IMG/VR virus record: IMGVR_UViG_3300005264_000064
Span: 38,938 to 102,937 of that record
Direction: 5' to 3' (one strand)
Origin: a virus
Length of the DNA stretch: 64,000 nucleotides
Shown here piece after piece: positions 10,050-17,695 of the stretch. Numbering within the stretch: position 1 is the stretch's first letter; each line of letters begins with the position of its first letter. The notes under the pieces were generated by a model that made no database searches, had not been told where the DNA came from, and worked only from the letters and a program-made list of their open reading frames with translations. A program made the position numbers and the translations under genes.

Positions 10050-11189
10050 CTAAATGACGGTGTATGTGTTGCGAGAAATCTCGCCTCTGTCGTCTTTGAA
10101 GGTAATTGACTTCATTGTACCTAATTGACGTCGGTACCCCATGTCATGGGCCCAGAAGTTGTTGGAGGGTATGTTGCGGAAGGACTCAGCCTTGCATATA
10201 CGTCCGTCGACAACTGCGTCCACATGTGTGTGACCGAAGAAAGCGTAACGAAACTTTGAGTCAGAGAATGTGCTGGCGCAATCTACTGCGAGTACTTCAC
10301 CTGCATTCTTCATCTTCAATGAATCGCCGTGGGCGAATTGAAAGATGTTTTGTCCGAAGTGGTGATACTTGATAGGATTGGCTGAATCACATACAATGAC
10401 TCGTGGTTCGTTGCGGTAGTATTGAAGAATTACTTCGCGGACTGCGGTACTCATAACGAATGAGTGGTTACCAATTATGTTATAGAAGTAGACTATCTCG
10501 TGTTTAGCGAGGGCCTTGTCAATTAGATTGATTAAGGCTTTATACGCTACGCGTAGAACTTTAGGTAGTCTGCTGTCGACGTCTAGCTGGTTTCCTGATT
10601 TGGCGGTCGTGTTAGATGTAGAGTCTGCTTCTACGAGATCACCAAGGTCAACTACAAGACCGTATTTAGACATAGGGGCAGCGTCTACTAAGTAGGTAAC
10701 GGCTTTGTCTAGTTCAGTTTCTGCTGTGTGAATGTCCCAATCTTTGCCAGTTTCATCACCCCAAGAGAGCATTCCGAAGTGTAAGTCATTGCTGATATAC
10801 ATCGTTAGTGAGTGCTCGTCTAGGTTGACGTCTGCTAGCGGCTCGGGTACGGGTTCACTCGGTGTGAGTGTTGCTGCTAGATTTTTAACTGCATCAGCTA
10901 CTGCTGACAGTTGGTCTTCCTTTGCAACGTCTGACTTTACCCACTGAATTATGACATTTCCAGAATCATCATACAGCGTACTTGTGCCTTTTAGGACCTC
11001 TCCAACAGAGACATAGTTCCCAGAGTCTATAGGCAGTAAGCCCTTGCGTCGGTAACGTTCTAGGCGTTCCTTTACGCGTTGTTTTGACATCTTTGGGTTT
11101 GTCTCCCGTATACGTTCGAGCATGGCAGTAAGGTTGTGGTTACAGTCATTAGCTATTGTTATGAATTCTTCTGACTTTATATACGTCAT
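10050..11189 (-). CDS. calcineurin-like metallophosphoesterase with N-terminal helical domain
   Basis: SNDLHFG, DLGD, GNH, HGD, GHTH. Confidence 0.8.
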   Translation of the reverse strand: MTYIKSEEFITIANDCNHNLTAMLERIRETNPKMSKQRVKERLERYRRKGLLPIDSGNYVSVGEVLKGTSTLYDDSGNVIIQWVKSDVAKEDQLSAVADAVKNLAATLTPSEPVPEPLADVNLDEHSLTMYISNDLHFGMLSWGDETGKDWDIHTAETELDKAVTYLVDAAPMSKYGLVVDLGDLVEADSTSNTTAKSGNQLDVDSRLPKVLRVAYKALINLIDKALAKHEIVYFYNIIGNHSFVMSTAVREVILQYYRNEPRVIVCDSANPIKYHHFGQNIFQFAHGDSLKMKNAGEVLAVDCASTFSDSKFRYAFFGHTHVDAVVDGRICKAESFRNIPSNNFWAHDMGYRRQLGTMKSITFKDDRGEISRNTYTVI

Positions 11190-11237
11190 CGAACTCCTTT
11201 GTGTTGATCTAGGACTTACTCCGAGGATGCCTTGATG

Positions 11238-11957
11238 CTATTTGAACTTTGCGAATTTACTACCAGCAGTACCCGTTTTCTTTGGTGCTGGGGCTTTCTT
11301 ACCGCCTTTGCTACCACGTTTTGCTTCGATCCAGGCTGCTACCTCTTCTGGAGTTGGGGCTGCTTCGCCTGCTGATTTATTTTCTTTATAGAAAGGCTGG
11401 GTAGTAGCGTCTTTAGTTAGGATCTTTTCTAACTGAGCGCCTAGTACTACCTTGTCGTCATCTTCTTTCTGTGTTAACTCGTCAGCTGTTGCGCCTTCTG
11501 CTGAAAAGAAGTTATAAGGAACCATAGATTCTCTGATTTCGCCTTTGTATTTAGTAAACTCTTGTTTGATTTGGATTTTAATTTCCAAGTCTGCTAAGTC
11601 TGTTAAGCACATAAACTCTTGAGGCTTGTTATCCTTACCTACGTTGTGCACCTCTTCTTCCATTGTCGGCTCTTGTCCATCTTCCATACCACCTATTACT
11701 AGTAGTTTATTTAGTAGACGTGCTCCGATTTCGTTTGTAGACTCGTCGATGTTTTGTACAGTCGAGCCATATATAGTCTGAGAGTTACCGTTGTAGTCTA
11801 CGTTCATATTGAAAGAGACTGCACCTTTTGCTGATTGGTCTAATGAAACGAAGTTAATTTTAACATCGTAAACTCCTGATGCGCCTATAAAAGATGATCC
11901 TGTAGATTCTTTTAACGCGTCTTTATTTTTACTTACTTTAAGCGGGTTCGAGCTAAA
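11238..11957 (-). CDS. putative ssDNA-binding protein; frame open upstream of ATG 11807 with no start codon (possible +1 frameshift entry)
   Basis: In-frame extension ...LKVSKNKDALKESTGSSFIGASGVYDVKINFVS...; position downstream of a Sak4-like ATPase. The SSB call is inference. Confidence 0.55.
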   Translation of the reverse strand, partial: FSSNPLKVSKNKDALKESTGSSFIGASGVYDVKINFVSLDQSAKGAVSFNMNVDYNGNSQTIYGSTVQNIDESTNEIGARLLNKLLVIGGMEDGQEPTMEEEVHNVGKDNKPQEFMCLTDLADLEIKIQIKQEFTKYKGEIRESMVPYNFFSAEGATADELTQKEDDDKVVLGAQLEKILTKDATTQPFYKENKSAGEAAPTPEEVAAWIEAKRGSKGGKKAPAPKKTGTAGSKFAKFK

Positions 11958-12615
11958 GTTCGAAATCTACTACCTGGTCTGTTAACTTACTAAGTTGTGC
12001 CATATGTTCTGCTAAGTTGTAGCTTTCTACTGGTTGGCTAGCTGGTAGGTCATTTAGAACTGTACGTGCTGGGAACTTTGTTGAGCGGTGATGAATAATA
12101 CGTTTATTGTTTTTAGTTTCTACAAATACGCTATTATCAACTTCTGCAAGGAAGCCCCCTCTTTTGGCAAAATTACCTTTTCCCACTAAGTTGTACATAG
12201 CGGTGTCGGGATCCCATATTGCATGAGAGATTAGCACTACATTTATGTCAGATCCTATGAGAGTATTCTGGACATACGAGGTAAACTCATTTATTTCTCT
12301 ATCTAATTCTGAGTAGACTTTAAACCCTGTATGTTTTTGGTTACAGTTATCTAAGATTGTATCGAATATTTTTGATACGGAATCCCACACAATCGTTGCT
12401 GGGTACGTGCTAAACTTACTTTTGTAAGCCTCTATCTTAGAATTTGTTAGCTTAATTAGCTCATCAACTGAATCAAATGTTGTGATGTTTGTATGAGGTA
12501 TTGGAAAGGGGTAATTCTTACCGTCATGAGACATTACAAGTGTATCTTTTAGTGGTTCTGTCAATGTAGTTTTACCCGCGTTAGACTGCCCACTTACTAA
12601 TAGTTTAATTGCCAT
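11953..12615 (-). CDS. AAA_24 / Sak4-like ATPase (recombinase)
   Basis: LLVSGQSNAGKTT Walker A; IVWDS Walker B; VVLISH. Confidence 0.8.
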   Translation of the reverse strand: MAIKLLVSGQSNAGKTTLTEPLKDTLVMSHDGKNYPFPIPHTNITTFDSVDELIKLTNSKIEAYKSKFSTYPATIVWDSVSKIFDTILDNCNQKHTGFKVYSELDREINEFTSYVQNTLIGSDINVVLISHAIWDPDTAMYNLVGKGNFAKRGGFLAEVDNSVFVETKNNKRIIHHRSTKFPARTVLNDLPASQPVESYNLAEHMAQLSKLTDQVVDFEL

Positions 12616-12638
12616 ATAATTCCTTATTATTTTAGTAT

Positions 12639-12765
12639 GTAGCTGATAATACCATCAGGAAATAGATCTCCTTGAGGATTACCAAGTGTTAGAATTAACA
12701 AAGTTAATTCGCCTATGGAGCATACCGATATAAGTACTACCTGTTGTTGGTATTGTCACGGCTAC
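12639..12765 (-). ncRNA. degenerate retron-like ncRNA (copy D)
   Basis: Imperfect terminal IR; GTAGTA-CTTATATCGG-TATG aligns to the conserved msr stem-loop of copies A-C; internal hairpin GAATTAAC/GTTAATTC. Confidence 0.4.
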
Positions 12766-12772
12766 TCCTTGT

Positions 12773-12984
12773 ATTAAGTTGTCACAATAAAACTAAGTAC
12801 CAAATTTTCGCGCTAAGATGTCCTGGATTCTAGATCTGGCTGATGCAGCATGCGCTAGGTAGTTATCGTGAGCTTTAGCGTAGATAACTACCTTATTAGT
12901 ACCATTATGTTACATAGCTGATGGAGGCTACTACAGTACTAACGTAGTTATTGTTCGTACTTAGCTTTAATGTAACAACTTAAT
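12773..12984 (-). ncRNA. retron-like msr-msd ncRNA (copy C)
   Basis: 28-nt terminal IR (12773-12800/12957-12984), G12956 opposite G12801, motif GTAGTAGCCTCCATCAGCTATGTAAC, 11-bp msd stem 12857-12867/12883-12893. Confidence 0.8.
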
Positions 12985-12989
12985 GAAGG

Positions 12990-13931
12990 CTACTTTAGTC
13001 TATAGTCTTTGTAGAGTAAATAGTTAAGTGATGGATTTTCTTTTGACTTTTGCATTGTTTCTGCCACTAGTTTAAGGAGTGATGTGATGAAACGAATGTC
13101 GTCGAGGTTAATGTACTCTGTTGTTTGGGTACACGTCGCTGGATAATCTTTTATTTTGTTGCCTTTGGTTCCTGTCCTGTTGATATTGTCACGAGTAATC
13201 CAGATAATTCGGATACGGTCCACTTTGTACCCTAACGCTGTGTAGATGTAGGCGTAGCATAGAAGCTGAAGCTTATAGGCATAGGGGATTGTTTTAGGTG
13301 GAGTAAGTGCAGACGTGGTTTTGTAATCCTCAATGCAAAGTGACGTTTTATTTCCTTGGGCTGCGTCACATGACCCACATACGTGATAGCCAGGAATAAC
13401 TTCAGCGTGTATGAGTTCTTCGGAGTGTGCTGGCAGACCATTCTGTCTGATGTACTGAATGAGGGCGTTACCCATTGGTTTATATTGTTGGAGTATGATG
13501 TCGGCGTCTATATCTGGATTTTGCCAACGTTCGCTGAGTAGTTCCTCGATGTCGCATTTAACATCGTCTTTATAACGTACATCGTCGTCGTATGTTTCAT
13601 CGTTTGGAGCAGGCTGTAGGGTGTCAAATTCCTCTAGTAGCTGAAGGAATTGTTGTTCGTAGTTGGCAGGTATTTTACCTTGGGTGAATAAATACTTCCA
13701 CATTTCTCGTGAGTCGACTTTCTGTGTCTTGGTAAAGTCCTCTGCTATAAAGTGTATTAAAGTTCCGAGCACACTGGCCGTTGAACCTGTGAAGCCTTCG
13801 TTACCGAGGATTTCAGTGTCATACCACTTATGCGGTTCTTTAAAGAACCTTGCAAACTGTGATGGAGATATTCCCTCTGTGTTAGGAGGAAGGACTGACT
13901 TCCCACTGATATAGTCTAATTTAGTTTTCAT
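12990..13931 (-). CDS. PD-(D/E)XK exonuclease (RecB/Cas4-like)
   Basis: ISPSQF, GTLIH, GSCD...IEDYKT, QLLCYA. Confidence 0.8.
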   Translation of the reverse strand: MKTKLDYISGKSVLPPNTEGISPSQFARFFKEPHKWYDTEILGNEGFTGSTASVLGTLIHFIAEDFTKTQKVDSREMWKYLFTQGKIPANYEQQFLQLLEEFDTLQPAPNDETYDDDVRYKDDVKCDIEELLSERWQNPDIDADIILQQYKPMGNALIQYIRQNGLPAHSEELIHAEVIPGYHVCGSCDAAQGNKTSLCIEDYKTTSALTPPKTIPYAYKLQLLCYAYIYTALGYKVDRIRIIWITRDNINRTGTKGNKIKDYPATCTQTTEYINLDDIRFITSLLKLVAETMQKSKENPSLNYLLYKDYRLK

Positions 13932-14889
13932 GGACGCGCCTTTTCTTGTAATATGATAGTAAGAGATGATCGAGGAATTTCCTATCTACTTCTTCTGGGA
14001 GGTCACTGTTTCGTATTAGCTGCTCTACTTCGTCAAGTGCAACTTTGATGTTATCTAGAGTTGCTGACAATAGGGATTCATCTGTGTTATATTTGACTTG
14101 TTTGACGCTGTCTGCGTACGCTAAAGGGAACTTGATATTGTTTGTCGATATGAGTTCTCGTAATTCTAAGGTTACCCGTAGAGCATGACTGAGGGCCTTC
14201 CAGTCAGTACCTGTTGCTGAGGACTTAGCCCGTGAACCGTATTGGTCACGTGCTGCGAGAACTCTGTCTTTTAGGAGCTGGACAGGTAGAGACATGTCAT
14301 GAAGCTTGCCGAGAACTGAGATGTACTTCTTACCCTTTTGTTCTATGCGCATGATGTATTTATACCCTTCTGTAGATACTTGATAGCAGTTGGAACATGT
14401 AGAAAGGTGTTTTGCAAATTCTACTATTTCTCCATAGCGTGAGCCCTTGATGCCGTACTTCGATGCTTGTTGCATGCAGTAACCTACAAATGATGATGTG
14501 TTGTTTGTTAGAAGTTTGTCGAGGTTTCTGTGAAGTGTGTCGACAAAACTCGGGTCAGAAAAAATTGCTGAGGATGATTTCATTGAGAACAGTAGGTCGA
14601 GGGCAGATGTTTCTCCCTTGCTGAGAAGCTTAAAGTATTGCTGGACACTGTAGAGACTGATGTCGATGTCGTCTGCTGTGTTCTTTGAGTTCTGGTTACC
14701 GGATGAGTACTCGTATGTGGACTTGTTGCTGCCAAGGATGACAGAGTCAATCGATGGTAGGAAGATGCCCTTGTAGTCGATGTCGGATGATGGAGAGTCT
14801 GTGCCATACAAGGTACTACCGAATTCTGTTAGGTAGATGAGGCGGTCGCCTGGTTGTAATAAAGATTTAGCTCGTTGTACGGGTGTCAT
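13921..14889 (-). CDS. Pol-beta superfamily nucleotidyltransferase
   Basis: FGSTLYGTDSPSSDIDYKGIF; DWKALSHALR. Confidence 0.85.
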   Translation of the reverse strand: MTPVQRAKSLLQPGDRLIYLTEFGSTLYGTDSPSSDIDYKGIFLPSIDSVILGSNKSTYEYSSGNQNSKNTADDIDISLYSVQQYFKLLSKGETSALDLLFSMKSSSAIFSDPSFVDTLHRNLDKLLTNNTSSFVGYCMQQASKYGIKGSRYGEIVEFAKHLSTCSNCYQVSTEGYKYIMRIEQKGKKYISVLGKLHDMSLPVQLLKDRVLAARDQYGSRAKSSATGTDWKALSHALRVTLELRELISTNNIKFPLAYADSVKQVKYNTDESLLSATLDNIKVALDEVEQLIRNSDLPEEVDRKFLDHLLLSYYKKRRVHEN

Positions 14890-15877
14890 TGAGTAGTCCT
14901 ATAAAATATGTGCGAGCTAGTCTGCTTAGGGGTTTGCTGACCTGTTTTGTGGTGAGTTTAGCCTCTTCTAGTATGTCATACTCTTCCTTCCAGGTGTCTT
15001 CGAGGACCCACTTTAAGTAAGTACCTAGCTCTTTGTAACTGATGTCTTGTTCCCAGTTGGGGCCATAGATTTCAAATATTGCCTGTTGGCAACGTTCAGG
15101 TGAGAATAGCTGGCGTGCTACGCGGTCGTAATTGGCGGTGTTTGCTAATTCCTCTGGAGTAAATGGTTGTTTGGGTACACGAGAAGCTTTACTGTGTTTA
15201 TCCCCTTTCACTTTAAAGCGGATTACTTTATCATTGAACATTGCTTTCCAGACTACACCTTCACCGATAAGATTAGTGTCGTCAGGTAGGTAGTGTGCGG
15301 CTACTGGGCAGCAGTCTTCTACTTCTTGTGTATATGGTGCTAAGAGAGTTGTCAGTTCTTCCAAAGACTTGGAGAAGTCGATAGCTATTGATTTGTAGTA
15401 GAATGACTGAATAGCATTGTACGCCGGTAGATTCAATTCTGGATTTAACCAAGGCTCTGTTGTTGTGGGACTCGTATCTTCTATATGACTTTCGATTTCG
15501 AAAGCGTAGAATGATTTTGGTAATTTGCTGATGCCAATGTTCTTTTGAATACCTTTGCCAGCGAATTCTCCGAAGACGATAACGGTCTCTTTGGGGTGTT
15601 GGATGGCGTTAAACAGTACGTCGAAAGAATGTTTGTGCTCTACTACGTACTTGGCGAAACCCATATGGTCGTCTTCTGGAGTAATGATTTTGTTGCGAGA
15701 CTGTGCGTAACGAGTACCATCTGGTAGTTGTACTACAGCAGCATTGACTCCGTGGAGTTTAACTGTACCACTGAAGTTGATAGTTGGATACGGAAGGTTG
15801 TCGTACTCAGCTTGTTCACGAATTGCTTTGTACACGTGACGGAATTGTTCGATTGATGGGTACTTGTAATGTGTCAT
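14867..15877 (-). CDS. ATP-dependent RNA ligase (Rnl2-like)
   Basis: Motif I VKLHGVNA, QSRN, FGEFAG, GEGVVW, FKVKG. Confidence 0.85.
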   Translation of the reverse strand: MTHYKYPSIEQFRHVYKAIREQAEYDNLPYPTINFSGTVKLHGVNAAVVQLPDGTRYAQSRNKIITPEDDHMGFAKYVVEHKHSFDVLFNAIQHPKETVIVFGEFAGKGIQKNIGISKLPKSFYAFEIESHIEDTSPTTTEPWLNPELNLPAYNAIQSFYYKSIAIDFSKSLEELTTLLAPYTQEVEDCCPVAAHYLPDDTNLIGEGVVWKAMFNDKVIRFKVKGDKHSKASRVPKQPFTPEELANTANYDRVARQLFSPERCQQAIFEIYGPNWEQDISYKELGTYLKWVLEDTWKEEYDILEEAKLTTKQVSKPLSRLARTYFIGLLNDTRTTS

Positions 15878-15878
15878 G

Positions 15879-16145
15879 TTAGTCCTTTAGGTTGATTACT
15901 GAGCTGTCTTGAAGGTAGTGAACGCCGCGTATGTTGTAATAATGGTGGAAATCGTGGTTGCCAGCGACTAAGAATTTGTCCTTATAAGGCTGTTGACAAA
16001 ACCAGTCTAGGAACTCAATAGATTCATCTTTGTGCTGTACCCGAGAAGCAGTGAAGTCGCCAACATGGATTAAGACGTCAGCTGGTGGTAGGTTACGTGG
16101 TTTGTAGCCGTGGGTGTCTGATATGCAACATATGGTCATATTCAT
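15879..16145 (-). pseudogene. truncated metallophosphoesterase
   Basis: ISDTHG, HVGDF and AGNHD present; ends after about 88 aa, before the C-terminal H and GHxH motifs. Confidence 0.6.
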
Positions 16146-16146
16146 A

Positions 16147-16374
16147 TCAGTGTTCTCTACCAAAGTAGTTGTACACTGCAGTGTAGAGCTCCAGTAGTAC
16201 CATTCGCATTGCTACTATTGCTGTTAGTAAGAAATAAATTATACCTACGTTAGTCAAATATGCTGCAGGCTGTTCTAAGATACTGGTATGTGGCTGTGTG
16301 TACACAGCTAGGACGAAAGGTGACCCTAGTAGTAGTATAGTTTTTAGGTGTGTTAGTACTTTATGTTTTGTCAT
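16147..16374 (-). CDS. small membrane protein
   Basis: Two hydrophobic segments. Confidence 0.5.
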   Translation of the reverse strand: MTKHKVLTHLKTILLLGSPFVLAVYTQPHTSILEQPAAYLTNVGIIYFLLTAIVAMRMVLLELYTAVYNYFGREH

Positions 16375-16386
16375 GTCTGGCCTTTG

Positions 16387-16494
16387 TTAGTCTTCATTTA
16401 CCGCGTTATATAGCATTACGCCTAGTAGTATGAATGCTGCTACAATTGGTGCAAAAACCACTATGAGGCCTACTGTATGCACTAAAGCGGTCAT
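16387..16494 (-). CDS. small membrane peptide
   Basis: MTALVHTVGLIVVFAPIVAAFILLG..., ATGA overlap with the upstream gene. Confidence 0.45.
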   Translation of the reverse strand: MTALVHTVGLIVVFAPIVAAFILLGVMLYNAVNED

Positions 16495-17207
16495 ATCTGT
16501 CTCTTTACTTGGACTACTTCGAAGGATGGTAGTAGGATAGCTGTGAGGTACCCGCGATGGCGAGTGTCGTAACAGCAACCTGTGTCGAGGTTAAGGGTGT
16601 TATGTTTATATTCGGCTGTTGGTGGTTGAGTGTAAGTGTTAGTATATTTTCCTTGCTTCCAGTAATCGACTGGTGTGTGGCCGAATACGTTGAAGTAAAG
16701 TTGCTTGCGAGGTCTAGTGGAGCGGTTCCATGTTGACGGTTCATCGAGTAAGGTGTGCTGACGGCAGGCGTCGTCATGGATAGCAAAAAGTCCCGTAATG
16801 TCAGTGTGCGATACAATGATTGGTAGGCCTTCTGACGTGACATGGCCAGTGTTAATTGCTAGCGGGAGAGTTTTGAAGTATTCTATGTCGGAGTACAGCT
16901 GTTGCATGTCGTCGGAGTATGACCGTATACAAGTACCACCGCCGTTGGTATACCATGGGGTGTACTCTATGTCAGCGGATTGGAGTGCGGGAGAGTCCTG
17001 AATGGCCATGAGCTCATGGTTGCCAACTACACATTTGTAGTTGTTGTCACGAAATAATTTGATTACTTTAGCGGAGTCAGGGCCTCTGTCGATGAGATCT
17101 CCTACAGCGACTACGTTTGTTGTTGTGAGGTCTACTTTAGTAAGGAGCTCTTGTAATTCAGAAAAACATCCGTGGATATCTCCGATGATTAGCGTTTGTC
17201 GTTTCAT
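16491..17207 (-). CDS. Ser/Thr protein phosphatase-like metallophosphoesterase
   Basis: IGDIHG, VGDLIDRGPDS, GNHE, FGHTP, LDTGC. Confidence 0.9.
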   Translation of the reverse strand: MKRQTLIIGDIHGCFSELQELLTKVDLTTTNVVAVGDLIDRGPDSAKVIKLFRDNNYKCVVGNHELMAIQDSPALQSADIEYTPWYTNGGGTCIRSYSDDMQQLYSDIEYFKTLPLAINTGHVTSEGLPIIVSHTDITGLFAIHDDACRQHTLLDEPSTWNRSTRPRKQLYFNVFGHTPVDYWKQGKYTNTYTQPPTAEYKHNTLNLDTGCCYDTRHRGYLTAILLPSFEVVQVKRQI

Positions 17208-17503
17208 CTTTTTTCCTTATAGAGCTGACATATTAATTTTGTCGTGTCGTGTACTCTTGCTTTTGACCACCAATATGGGAGGTCTAGTGATCCTAATCCG
17301 TAACGTAACCACAGGACTTGCCCAAAGAAGGTGTCCTTGAACATGTGGTCTTTACTGAGGTCGTACTTGCAGAGGAACTCCAGGGCTTCTGCTGCTGAGG
17401 CCTTGCGCCAACGGTACGTGAGTAAGCCTGGGGATTCCAGTGGTACTTTCTCTTTTACCATGAGTACTTGTTTACAGAATCCCTGTTTAAACATATATTG
17501 CAT
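17204..17503 (-). CDS. hypothetical protein
   Basis: ORF in operon context. Confidence 0.5.
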   Translation of the reverse strand: MQYMFKQGFCKQVLMVKEKVPLESPGLLTYRWRKASAAEALEFLCKYDLSKDHMFKDTFFGQVLWLRYGLGSLDLPYWWSKARVHDTTKLICQLYKEKR

Positions 17504-17505
17504 GA

Positions 17506-17655
17506 TTAGCCTTTGATATTGAGGATGGGCACCACTCTGTCTAGGACTTCTACTAGGTCGGACTGGTTGTTCATAACCTCGAAGATGTTTTTGTAGGCTA
17601 GAGGCGCCTCGTCTAAGTTGCTGTCTGAGTGGTTTGTTGCTAGATCTGGTCTCAT
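17506..17655 (-). pseudogene. rtcB: RtcB RNA ligase C-terminal fragment (49 aa)
   Basis: MRPDLATNHSDSNLDEAPLAYKNIFEVMNNQSDLVEVLDRVVPILNIKG matches the RtcB terminal DEAPxAYK...KG motif; has its own AAGGAG SD. Confidence 0.75.
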
Positions 17656-17695
17656 TTAACTCCTTTGTAGGTATTGTTTCTATCGTAACCTGTAG

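Noticed and set aside
12990-13931. Cas4 of a CRISPR system
   Set aside because: It lacks the four-Cys Fe-S motif and CRISPR context; an ordinary phage exonuclease fits better.
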